DNA of 64,000 nt. Origin: Octopus sinensis. Lineage: Eukaryota. The notes below the pieces were generated by a model, which searched no databases, had not been told where the DNA came from, and saw nothing but the letters and a program-made list of their open reading frames with translations. Below are positions 27,711-39,700 of this stretch, in pieces (within the stretch, counting starts at the first letter, position 1; each line of letters starts with the position of its first letter). The position numbers and the translations under genes are program-made. Where the stretch lies: contig NC_043016.1 of assembly GCF_006345805.1 (NCBI RefSeq), positions 4,402,001 to 4,466,000 on the forward strand, in the 5' to 3' direction.

Positions 27711-28014
27711 TAGATTTACGATATGGAATTCAAATTTTGCATAGATTCTTTCTTTTCTTCCAATAATTTTTGTAAATATTTTTCTTTGTGTTACAGTTGC
27801 AGTTAATATTGTTGTTAATATTGTCATTCTCAGATTTCTCACTGAATCTTTCTTAACATTAAGATTTTCTCAAACTTGTTATCCTTATCGTCTCCATAAT
27901 ACAAGACAGATACCATTACATCAGTTCTTGCTTACATCAATAGACACTCTTCTATTTTATATACATACACTTACATGCACATACACATAAACACTCAAAT
28001 GTATATTAATTCGG

Positions 28015-28545
28015 TGACTGGTGTCCGTGCTAGCAGGGTGCAAAGCGCACCATACGAGTGTGATCATTGACAGAGTGGCTAACCGGCTTCAGTGCCAGTG
28101 GCACTTAAAAGTGCACCATTCGAGCGTGATCGTTACCAGTGTCGCATTACTGGTACTCAAGCCCTGTGCTAGTAGGGTATTAAGAGCACCATCCAAGCAT
28201 GATCGTTGCCAGAGCGGCTATCTGGTCTCCGTGCCGGTGGCACGTAAAAATCCACCATTCGAGCGTGATCATTACCAGCATCGCCTTACTGGCACCTGTG
28301 CCAGTGGCATGTGTGAAGGATTCAAGCAAGGTCGTTGCCAGTGCCGCCTGACTGGCCCCGTGCCGGTGGCATGTAAAAGCACCCACTACACTCTCGGTGC
28401 GGTTGGCATTAGGAAGGGCATCCAGCTGTAGAAACACTGCCAGATCAAGATTGAAGCCTGGTGCAGCCACCTGGTTCGCCAGCCCTCAGTCATACGTCCA
28501 ACCCATGCCAGCATGGAAAGCGGACGTTAAATGATGATGATGGTG
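28015..28545 (+). mobile_element. Non-autonomous repeat with five tandem ~60-75-nt units and an RTE-like tail ending in (GAT)n
   Basis: Recurrent CACCATTCGAGCGTGATC and GTGCCGGTGGCACGTAAAA motifs. The tail GGCATTAGGAAGGGCATCCAGC...AACCCATGCCAGCATGGAAAG is shared with 31395-31525. Confidence 0.75.
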
Positions 28546-29027
28546 ATGATGTGTATGCGTGTGTGTGTATGTATAGAATGGGCAAGAGCTAAATAAACTC
28601 AGTATAAATAACACAGATTAGTGTTCAAGTGAATGTGAACATTAATTTCAACTTACATACCCCAGGTTAGGCCCATAGCATCAAAAATGACTGTAAAATC
28701 AATCCAAATTGAGGTGTTATGGAGGTAGGGATATAGTCACACTTGACATATGTATTTGCATGGAGCACAGAATGCAGATTACAAAACATAGAAAGAATAT
28801 GTGTGGAAAACATGATGTAACGTTTTGTCTCAACAATTCCAAGAGGCCAAGCTCATGTGACAACCATATTCGTAAGTGATATGTACGGGATGCCATAAGG
28901 GTGATCCAGATGAAATTGTTACAAATATAAAGGTTGAAAGAGGGTTGGGTGAAGCAGACAGGAATAATGAGAGAGAGAGAAGAGTAGTTAAGAAGTTAGG
29001 ATGAAGAATGGCCAGAAAAAGACCAGA

Positions 29028-29263
29028 AAAAAGGCAGCAAGCTGGCAGAAACGTTAGCATGCCAGGTGCAAAGCTTAGCAGTATTTCATCTGCCATTACG
29101 TTCTGAGTTCAAATTCTGCCGAGGTTGACTTTGCCGTTCCTCCTTTCAGGGTCAGTAAATTAAGTACCAGTTGCGTACTGGGGTTGATGTAACCGACTTA
29201 ATCCCTTTGTCTGTCCTTCTTTGTCCCCTCTATGTTTAGCCCTTTGTGGGCAATAAAGAAATA
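29028..29263 (+). mobile_element. tRNA-derived SINE family A, full length, with 14-bp TSD
   Basis: Matches the 20770 copy. TSD AGAAAAAGACCAGA at 29014-29027 and 29264-29277. Confidence 0.92.
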
Positions 29264-30491
29264 AGAAAAAGACCAGATATAAAGACAATTAGATAATTAA
29301 CTGGCCAAAGGAAATTGCAGTCAGTTCATTTGGAGCAGGGTCAAAATAGTTGAGCTCTGACAATAAGGTGGTCAAGAATCTCAGAAGTAATAGAGATTAA
29401 GTAAAAAGGTAAGGGAGTTAGAGTAGGTGGAGAGAAAATAACTTTACATAATGAAGAAAGGTGCAACACAATTTGTATTTGTAAAAGAATATTACATCAG
29501 AGAATCAAATGAGTAAAAAGGTTTCATATTGGCATAGTACTGTGAGCAATTCCTGGCGACAATTTACAAATTTGAAGATTAGCATTGCATGGGACTCCAC
29601 CACAAGCTATAAGTCAGGATAAGGTATGTATAAAGTATACCCTGGGACTTCAGGTGGTGTATGTAGACAGCTAGGGAAAGAGAAGGAGCTCAGATGAGTC
29701 AAATAGTGTCACTTGAAATCGATTGTACCCTATATGTAAACCCTAACCTGGTAAGAATATGGAGTTGTAATCAAACATTTATATACCACTTAACGGAAAT
29801 AATTAAGAGACTTGACAATAACGGGTTTTCTGATTGCCAGTTGGATTGTACTCTGTCCATGCAATTATTTATCCCTGTGGTAGGAATAGAAGTGGGAACA
29901 TCTCTATTATGGAGTTAGGAGGGCTTTTGCTTACCAGGGAGAAGAAAGTCGAGCCTATGATTATTGCCAATAGGTGAACCTAACCAATAACCATTGTCTT
30001 GGGTAGTATTTATTCCAGACTGAGGATTTGAGGCTAGGAAGAACAGAGATATGAGATCAGTATTAGAATCCATAACCTTAGAGATATTGCTAGATAATGT
30101 AGAAATAGTAGAATGAGATTTAAGGGAAAGATGTGTCATATTCACATTGTCACTAATTACAGGGGCGTTAGTGTTACCATGGCTTCTACTAAAGTTACCT
30201 AGAATTTTCCACAGTTACAGTGTTACTATCAAATTGGCTGATTTGGAGGCCAAACAGGTGGTTCACTGGATCTGTAGCTAGGTATAGATTTAACTGAAAG
30301 AGAAAATGGATTGTGAACCAGATCACCCATTTTCTACCCCTGGGGCCTTCTTCGTGGTATTGAGCTGGTTATCCTGGGGTTGTTGGAGTTTATTCTGCCT
30401 AAGAGCTGGCCAGGTTAGTCCTAGTAATAGTCACAGGTGAAACTTGCTGGAGGCTGCTAATGGGAGAAAAGGTAAGGGTAATAAGAGTAAT

Positions 30492-30839
30492 ACAGTTCTA
30501 CATTTAAGCGATGAGGAATTGTGTATATTATTTACATTATTTACATTTGATGGATATTTGTCCTCGGGCATATGGCATAGTGGTTAAGAGTGCAGGCTAC
30601 TAACCCCAAGATTCCAAGTTCAATTCCAGGCAGTGACCTGAATAATAATAATAATAATGATAATAATAATAATAATCATAATAATAATAATATTGAAAAA
30701 TACCTTAGGAATGAGAACCCAGGTTCGAAATTTCCCCCAGACACCTGATGAAGGCTGGAGGGTGTATCAGCTGAAACGTGTTAACAACAAACAAGATGAG
30801 GACAAATATCTGTCAAATGGGAATAATGTAAATAATGTA
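30492..30839 (+). mobile_element. tRNA-headed short element carrying a hammerhead-like motif, preceded by an inverted copy of its own 3' end
   Basis: A box TGGCATAGTGG 30573-30583 and B box GTTCAATTCC 30618-30627, then an (AAT)n linker and an HHR-like motif at 30740-30782. 30492-30565 is the reverse complement of the tail GAGGACAAATATC..TCAAATG..AATAATGTAAAT. Confidence 0.8.
30740..30782 (+). ncRNA. Minimal type I hammerhead ribozyme, probably inactive in this copy
   Basis: Stem I GACAC/GTGTT, core CTGATGA, stem II GGCTG/CAGCT, then GAAAC. The cleavage triplet between GAAAC and stem I is missing. Confidence 0.65.
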
Positions 30840-30879
30840 GTAAGGATAATATTTGGTGGTGGGGTTAGTGTCTCTAAAA

Positions 30880-31180
30880 GGAAACAGAAGTTCTAGTCTA
30901 TTTGTTTGTCTAGTTTTGGAGATATATGAGAAAACCGCTATAGAAAAGGTCTGGGTATAGGACAGTTAGATGCAAATACATATAACTATGCTATTTAGAG
31001 CAGATTTAGGATACTTTGGTAGGATGTTGGGACTCGTCAGGCTTATAGTAAGGGTAGATATATATATGAGGTAAGTAGCCTGTCCTTGCTGGGTAATTTT
31101 CACAACAGAATGCTTAGGCAGAATTTTTGAAATTGTATTTTCTCCAGATTGACAATAATTTTTCAAATTCTTTTCCACAC
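30880..31180 (-). mobile_element. Highly degraded Penelope-like RT-thumb fragment
   Basis: Minus strand NTISKIL...TSPNILPKYPKSALNSIV..SYTQ loosely parallels the PLE thumb motif; frameshifted. Confidence 0.35.
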
Positions 31181-31214
31181 TACATGAGAGATAGGTGGAT
31201 AGATAGATAGATAA

Positions 31215-31262
<48 letters not shown>

Positions 31263-31293
31263 TAGATAGATAGATAGATAGATGAATATATAT

Positions 31294-31324
<31 letters not shown>

Positions 31325-31394
31325 TATATATATACATATATATATTTATATATATGTACATATATATCCCGGGGCACTGATATTTTTGGCGTTA

Positions 31395-31525
31395 GGAAGG
31401 GCATCCAGCCGTAGAAACACTGCCAGATCTGACTGGGCCTGATGAAGCCTTCTGGCTTCACAGACCCCAGTTGAACCGTTCAACCCATGCTAGCATGGAA
31501 AACGGACGCTAAACGATGATGATGA
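31395..31525 (+). mobile_element. Isolated RTE-like tail fragment
   Basis: Matches 28405-28545. Confidence 0.75.
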
Positions 31526-31559
31526 TATACATATACATATACATATATATATATATATA

Positions 31560-31600
<41 letters not shown>

Positions 31601-31751
31601 TGTTTCTGTTGCTGTTAAGGATTTTGAAATTTTAGAATAAGTGAAGGAGATTTTTCTCTGCTGTTCTTACAGATAGACTGCGTTCGAAATTTATTTTGCT
31701 CGTCTGTAAAATACCAACACTATCAACACATTCACTCTTCCAATGTGTGAG

Positions 31752-31787
<36 letters not shown>

Positions 31788-31959
31788 TAAGAAAATAGTA
31801 AAGAGTGAAAAAATGACAGAAGGCTTAAATGTTAAAAAATATATATATATTTGTGTCAATATGTCTGGAGAATATTGGAAAAATTTTTTCCTCCTTAAAA
31901 TGACATAATTTTATAATTTTTAAAGAAATACCGGTTTCGCAGTTGAGATGTCCCATAAA

Positions 31960-32390
31960 ACTAATTAAAAAAATTAACCTTAAAATAGAAACAGACATTT
32001 TCTACAAAGCCACAGACGCCAAACAATACCTTCTTTTTAGTTCATGCCACCCAAGACACACTAAAACAAACATCCCCTTCAACCTTGCAAGAAGGATATG
32101 CACAATAGTGTCAGAACAAAATACCAGGAACTTCAGACTGCAAGAACTCAAAACACCTTAATTGACAGACATTACCCAACTCAACTCATAGAGGATGGGA
32201 TCAGACGTGCAACAGAAATCAACATAGAAACTTTAAGAAAAGTTCAACACAACAACACACCTCCCCAAAAATACTACTTACATATCTACATACAACCCCA
32301 GAAACAAAGAAGCTTTCACCATCATCACCCAGAATTTACCAATACTTCATAAAAACCCCAAATTAAAGGAAATACTAAACATACACCAAA
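31960..32390 (+). mobile_element. Penelope/Poseidon-like RT C-terminal fragment
   Basis: IETDIFYKATDAKQYLLFSSCHPRHTKTNIPFNLARRICTIVS...RLQEL; after a frameshift, LIDRHYPTQLIEDGIRRA. Confidence 0.85.
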
Positions 32391-32394
32391 TCAT

Positions 32395-32610
32395 TAAAAG
32401 CTACAAACAAAAGTTTTATGGAATCGTAATGGAGAAGATATGATATTGCTGTGGGCTCGCCCTAGGCAAAAAGTTAAAAATCTCTTTTGCTGATGACACT
32501 CCCCGCACCCTAAATAAGACACGTGTAAAATTTGAATTAAATTGGTTGTGTAGTTATCAAGTTTTAGGGATTCACACAGACAGACACACATTCTCAGTTA
32601 TATATATATA
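32395..32610 (+). mobile_element. 3' part of a Helitron-type non-autonomous (Lep1/HINE-like) element
   Basis: AAATTTGAATTAAATTGGTTGTGTAG...CACACAGACAGACACACATTCTCAGTTATATATATA parallels the 3' end at 42295-42390. Confidence 0.5.
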
Positions 32611-32714
32611 TATTACAATTTAAAATTAGAATAAAATCTTAAGAATTTATCAAGTAGTTAACGTGAAAAACCTCATAAGGGAAAAATTTATGAATTATTC
32701 CCTTATGAAATATT

Positions 32715-33225
<511 letters not shown>

Positions 33226-33249
33226 GATGAAGATGATGGTTCAGTAAGA

Positions 33250-33740
33250 TAAAGCAGTAATCATGTTCTATGGATATGGATATGTGTCTCTTGAGGCATT
33301 GCAAACCTTTGGTAAGGGAACGAGTTGAGGACTCAGTTTCCTCGAATGCCTGTAGATTATTTGCAATGTGTTTCCTGGAGTGGTCTACTTTGCTTCATAT
33401 CACAAAACCACCATATCAGTGAAGGTTTCCACTTGGAAGAACTACGTTTTGCCAGTGTGTTTTCATGCTTGCACAAAGTTGGTCTCGATTTTGGAGCCGA
33501 CTTTGCTCAAATCTTTGAACTGAGGAGAATCAGGAGTGGTGCCAGTTCCAGCGTTCTGATGCTTTGTTTTCCAAGGGTGAATAGGGAATGTTGCATTACT
33601 TCAGACTGTCTTTTAGGTTGTCTTTGAAGCACAAGAGTGGCATTCCAAGTGATCCTCCTGTTGGGAACTGGCCAAAGAGAAGTTGCTTCGGTATTCTGAT
33701 ATTAATCATACGTGCGAGATGGCCTGGCCAACAAAGTTGT
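33250..33740 (-). mobile_element. RTE-clade LINE 3' remnant
   Basis: Minus strand reads HLARMINIRIPKQLLFGQ...FKDNLKDSLK.CNIP...ENKASER...FEQSR. Confidence 0.75.
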
Positions 33741-33789
33741 ATTTTGAGTTTAAAGGTATATAACTAGAAGAAAGAGGAAAGAAACACGC

Positions 33790-34944
33790 ACACGCACACA
33801 CACACACACACACACACATACACAAACACACACACACACACGTCAGCGTACACACATATATGCATAAATATACATATTACCGGGATGCATTACGCATACA
33901 TACATACACGCAAACATACATGCATACATGCACACATACATAATACACACATATATAGACGCTTTCATGCATACATACATACATACATACACAAATACAT
34001 ACATACACACACATACATACAAACATACATACATACATACAGAAATAAATACATACATACCTACATACATACACACATACATACACACACACATACATAC
34101 ATACATACATACATACATACATACATACATACATACATACGCACATACATAAATACATACATACATGCATACATGCATACATACATACATTACGTACGTA
34201 CATACATACATACATACGCACATAAATACATACATACACACATATATACATACATTACATACATACATACCAACATACATACATACATACACACATACAT
34301 ACATACATACATACACACATAAATACATACATACATACATACATACATACATACATACATACATACATACATACATACATACATACATACATACATACAT
34401 ACATGCATACATACATACATACATTACGTACGTACATACATACATACATACATACATACACACATACATACGTACATTCACACATACACACATACATACA
34501 TACATACACACATACATACGAACATACATACACACACACACATACATACATACATGCATACATACATACATACACACACACATACATACATACACACACA
34601 CATGCATACATACATACATACATACATACATACATACGTACATACATACATGCATACATACATACATACATACATACATACATACACACCTACATACATA
34701 CATACATACATGCACACATACATACACACATACATACATACATACATACATACATACATTACATACATACATACGTACATACACACATACATACGTACAT
34801 ACATACATACACACACACATACATACATGCATGCATACATACATACATACACACATACACACATACATACATACATACATACATACATACATACATACAT
34901 ACATACATACATACATACATACACACATCCACACACATACATAC
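33790..34944. repeat. (ACAT)n/(CA)n microsatellite, about 1.15 kb
   Basis: Directly visible. Confidence 0.95.
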
Positions 34945-35927
34945 AAGAAGGGGTGTTTTTATTCCGAGGTGGATCGGAACCCTCTCAGACTTCGACCATC
35001 TTTCTCTCGGTGCGTATGCAAACTCCCGATTCTAAAGAGCAACGAAAAACAGAAATGTCATCCAAATTTATCCACACTAAATTCGTTGGACATGGAAAGG
35101 AAACACAACAAAAATAGTGGGGTTTATTGTCTTGTTTTTGTTTTTTTTAATTTTCTTTCGCCAAGCTTACCTTATCTAAACCACCATCTTTGGTCATAAG
35201 AGTCGTTTCTAATTAAGATAATGTCAAACGAGAAACAAGACAGTCGAGCGTCGTCGCTAAACAAAATCAATAAAAGAACTAATTTCATTTCATGTTTCGT
35301 CCGTCACCAGTGGAAACGAAGGCGGAATCAACTGGTATGAAAGAAAGAAAGAAAGGAAACAAAATCAAAGCGGAAAACAAGACAAAGACAATATCAAGCC
35401 ACGATCAAGACCAACACAAACGACATCAATAACACGAACAACATTAATAATAATTAAAAAAAAAAGAAGAAAAACTACAACAACTACGAGTCTAATCAAA
35501 CCCCGAACAAGAGCAAAAGAAGAGAAAAAAAATAGTAATAATAAATCATACAAACTTACAATAAATAGCGTAACAACAATAACAACACCATCAACAACAA
35601 CAACAACTATAATGACTACGGAAACAACAACAACAACAACGACAACAACATCATAAACAAACAGAAACCGAAAAATACTGCATCAAATAGGAACAAAAGG
35701 AGCAATCCCCCAAATCTCATCAACAACAACAACAACAACAACAACAGAAGAAAACAATCTCCCCCCCCCCGCCATTACTATAAAACAACGAGAAGAACAG
35801 CAATAACTATATATAATAACTATATACACAATTCGGTATTATTACATTTCTGTTCTAACACATTTAAATTTTATACACACTTAAATTTATATAGTAACGC
35901 AGACATACATACATGCGCGCACGCTCG

Positions 35928-35967
<40 letters not shown>

Positions 35968-36010
35968 ATCTCTCTCTCTCACGCGTGCACAAACACATAT
36001 ACACACATAG

Positions 36011-36094
36011 CAAGAATACTACTGACAGTGACTTCGACGTTTCGACGAGCTAAGCCGCCATTACCAACTTCGAAGTCACTGTCGATATTGTTTC
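36011..36094. ncRNA. Long hairpin, pri-miRNA-like candidate
   Basis: Perfect 14-bp inverted repeat GACAGTGACTTCGA (36024-36037) / TCGAAGTCACTGTC (36070-36083), with partial extensions on both sides. Confidence 0.35.
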
Positions 36095-36198
36095 CGTTAA
36101 AGAATGATAAATTTGTTTACTACCAAAAGTATTAAGTAATCTTTGAATTTAATGTAATATTGTTTCTATTAACTCTCGACACGGAAATGAATTACAGT

Positions 36199-36248
<50 letters not shown>

Positions 36249-36471
36249 CACACACACACACACACATACACACACACACACAAGGCTTCGACAAAATAAT
36301 GTAAAGACCTAGCTTCATAGCATCATAATTTTGAAATATCTATAAAACCGCCAAAAGCTTGTTTATTTTTATGTTTTTTATTTATTTATTATTAGTGTTG
36401 CTTAATATATTTTGCTAAAATACTGTTTCTTTTCAGATATCATCAGTAAAAGGTAGTTAAAATTCATTAAA

Positions 36472-37017
36472 ATGACAGATCCAGCGGACTTTCAAAAGGG
36501 TCAAATTGTTGGTGCACGTATGGCAGACGCTAGCGTAACTAAAACAGCTGAAATGTTTGGTGCGTCAAGAAGTACTGTCTCGAAAGTAATGACAGCTTTT
36601 GAGGAAGAAGGAAAAACCTTCTCGTCGAAACAAAACTCCAGATGAAAACCAAAACTTTCAGATAGGGACCGTCGGACTCTTACGCGAATTGTTAGAAAGG
36701 ATCACAAAAGTACAGCTCCCAAAATTACTGCAGAGCTTAATGACCACCTTGAGAACCCAGGTTCCACAAAAACTGTTCGCCAGGAGCTGCACAAAGCCGG
36801 ATTTCACGTGAGGGTTGCAATCAGAAAACCACTACTTTCAAAAACAAACGTTGTAATGGCGCAGGGTGGCTGTGTGGTAAGTAGCTTGCTAACCAACCAC
36901 ATGGTTCCGGGTTCAGTCCCACTGCGTGCACCTTGGGCAAGTGTCTTCTGCTATAGCCCCGGGCCGACCAATGCCTTGTGAGTGGATTTGGTAGACGAAA
37001 ACCGAAAGAAGCCTGTC

Positions 37018-37072
<55 letters not shown>

Positions 37073-37749
37073 GTGTGTGTGTGTGTGTGTGTGGTGTGTG
37101 TTTATTATGTTTGTGTGTGTGTTTGTCCCCCTAGCATTGCTTGACAATCGATGTGGTGTGTTTACGTCCCCGTCACTTAGCGGTTCGGCAAAAAGAGACG
37201 ATAGAATAAGTACTGGGCTTTCAAAGAATAAGTCCCGGGGTCGATTTGCTCGACTAAAGGCGGTGCTCCAGCGTGGCCGCAGTCAAATGACTGAAACAAG
37301 TAAAAGAGTAAAGAGTAATGCGCTTAGAGTGGAATAAAAACCTACAGAATTGGTCCCTAGAGCAGAGGAAGAATGTTATTTTCTCGGACGAGTTATCCTT
37401 TACCTTATTTCCGACCACTGGCTGAGTATACGTGTGGAAACAACCAAAAGAAGCATTTGACCCAGACTGCCTTCTTTCAACTGTTAAACATGGAGGAGGA
37501 CCTGTGATGATCTGGTGTGTGTGTGTGTGTGGGGGGGGGGCTATATCTTGGAAATCCGCCGGCCCAATGGTTTCCCTTCATGGCTGAATTAATAGGCAAG
37601 ACTATTTAAGCATTTTATCTGATCAAATTAATCCTATGATTGCGAAACTGTTCCGGAGGTAACACAATCTTTCAGGATGATAATGCACCAATTCTCACAG
37701 CTAAAATTGTTACTGAATGGCACGAGCAACATTCTAGTGAAGTTGAACG
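36472..37749 (+). mobile_element. Tc1-family transposase remnant, split by a SINE and 3'-truncated
   Basis: MTDPADFQKGQIVGARMA...LSDRDRRTL...VAIRKPLLSK, then the SINE, then VIFSDE...TVKHGGGPVMIW...FQDDNAP. Confidence 0.9.
36859..37314 (+). mobile_element. tRNA-derived SINE family B, full length, with central microsatellite and 6-bp TSD
   Basis: A box TGGCTGTGTGG, B box GGTTCAGTCC, (TA)n(TG)n centre. TSD GTAATG at 36853-36858 and 37315-37320; removing the insert restores the Tc1 frame (NVVMRLEW). Confidence 0.92.
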
Positions 37750-38218
37750 GCCTGAGACTAAACACGGAGACCTACATCAAGTATCTGGAAAAGGTAGTGC
37801 TGCCCTGGGTCAAGAGAGTGGTTACTGGAAGACCTTATGTCTGGCAATAGAAGGATGCGCCATGCCACACAAGCAGGAGAACCCAGTCATGGCTGTCAGA
37901 CAATTTCTGCAACCACATCAACCCTAGCATCTAGCCACCTAACTCCTCAGACTGCAACCCTTTGAGCGAGAGATCAACAAAACTCCTTGTAACACCAAAG
38001 ATGAACTGAAGGCAAGGGTTATGGCAGCATTCACCAACTTAAGCAAGGAGACCATCCAGAAGAGCTGCAGGAGATTCCGAAGACGTCTGGAGACCGTGGT
38101 TGAAGCCAATGGCGATTTTATTGAATAAATTTAAAGAGATTTTTATGTAATTTTGGTGAAGTCGGTGTTATTTTCATTTTTGCGTTATTTAGACGACAGT
38201 TTATTCACCACACCATGT
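37750..38218 (+). mobile_element. maT/DD37D-like transposase 3' remnant
   Basis: GLRLNTETYIKYLEKVVLPW...DAPCHTSRRTQSWL...PPNSSDCNP...RRFRRRLETVVEANGDFIE*. Family assigned by resemblance; the third catalytic residue is deleted. Confidence 0.75.
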
Positions 38219-38230
38219 ATGCATACATAC

Positions 38231-38270
<40 letters not shown>

Positions 38271-38271
<1 letters not shown>

Positions 38272-39700
38272 TCTATACAATATGTTACATTACTCGGTAG
38301 TCAAGATAAAACTCTGAGTTTCAGATGCCGAAGTGGAAATCCACAACACCATCTCTTCGGTTATCTGGCTATTTGAAAACGTTATGAAAAAATACCGTTA
38401 AAAATGAAGGGAAATTACTCTGTTATAACTCTGCTTTGCTTGCGTACTTATACATCGCTCGCATTTTTTGTCATAAAAATTATATAAAAATACATAAAAA
38501 TATATAAAAATATATAAAAATATATAAAATCTTCTTGGGACATAACACAGAAAGCATGTTCTATCCGTTTTCTTTAGGGGACCAAAAACGTAACAGAAAT
38601 TTAGTCACATGTGGGCATGATCCGAAAAGCTCTGTCCTTGTATTTAGACATGTGGTAGGGTCTAAGCTGCTTTTCCAGATAAGCCATCTCTCCATGTCGC
38701 ATAAACCGCACCTTCCGCTGCCGTTAGTGTAGGGCTACATCTGGCCAAAATCTTCCATTGTATGTTATAATCGACACCTTTATCTCTTAAAGACAAATAT
38801 GATTGGATAATTGTGTCGCTTTTCTTTTGTTCCAGTGCCTAAAGCTCAAAGTGTGTTTATTGAACCTGGCCTTGAAATTACCCTCTGTCAGGCCCACGTA
38901 TTTCTTCGTCGAAACGGTGTCTTTAGTGGTTATAGAGTTTACGGTAGCTTCATATATGATGGTCTTGGACATGCAAGCTCCATTTAGCGGGCACAATTCT
39001 TTATTCCTGCATGAACAGCTGTTTTCTTCTTGTGTTTTTTGTATGTTATGATTGATTATGTTTTTTAAAATTGGTAGTTGAACTAAAACTAATTTTTAAA
39101 TTGTGTCTATTGAAGAGTTTCCTATAAGCATGGTTAACTGGAAAATGTCTATCTATCAGTGCTAGGAAACATTTACCTATATTGAAGGCCACCTCGGGTG
39201 AGTAAGGGGGCGTAAACCAGATGACCATCCTATTCTATTATTCCTTTTCCTTACTGTTGGGCTGGTAATAGGTGTATATTTTATTTTTTCGCTAAAACCA
39301 CTATCTTTTAAAGCTTTATTATAAACTGGGGCAACGCTATTGAAGATGTCCTCATTAGATGAGAGGCTAGAAATCCTCTTACTAATATTTTTTAACTAAA
39401 TTTTTGAATACTATAGGGGGATGGCATGAACCTACATTAATATAACTTAGTCTATCATTGGGTCCTATAAGGCTTATAAATATTATTATTAAGATCTAAG
39501 GAAACGTCTAAGAAATTGACAACCGTCAGGTTAGTGTCTATAGTTATACTAAGTCCGAAGTGTTTCATTAACTGGATAATATCCTTCCTAAAACGATCTT
39601 GTGCTGGTCCATTTGTATTAGCTGTTAAGGCGAGGGCATCATCTTTGTAGATAGCGAAATGTACGTTAGGGAATGTCTTACCGAAGGTATCTAGGAGAAA
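38271..39700 (-). mobile_element. Neptune-like Penelope element, inverted 5'-truncated arm
   Basis: Reverse complement of about 40361-41777 at roughly 99% identity by eye. Minus-strand ORF fragments repeat the plus-copy peptides. Confidence 0.95.
38304..38366 (-). ncRNA. Type I hammerhead ribozyme, variant core, left arm
   Basis: Exact mirror of 41682-41744. Confidence 0.65.

Noticed and set aside
28015-28400. CRISPR-like array (also considered for 57509-57596)
   Set aside because: Eukaryotic context, diverged repeats, related rather than unique spacers, and no cas genes.
29280-30480. 1.2-kb non-simple sequence, possibly an old LINE ORF1
   Set aside because: No motif could be identified with confidence in any frame.
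30566-30640. tRNA gene
   Set aside because: The anticodon stem pairs poorly, no matching 3' acceptor strand or T-run terminator is seen, and it runs into a repeat body. Treated as a SINE head.
31435-31470. CTGATGAAGCC-TTCT-GGCTT as a hammerhead
   Set aside because: Followed by CACAG rather than GAAA; the homologous tail at 28455 lacks the core.
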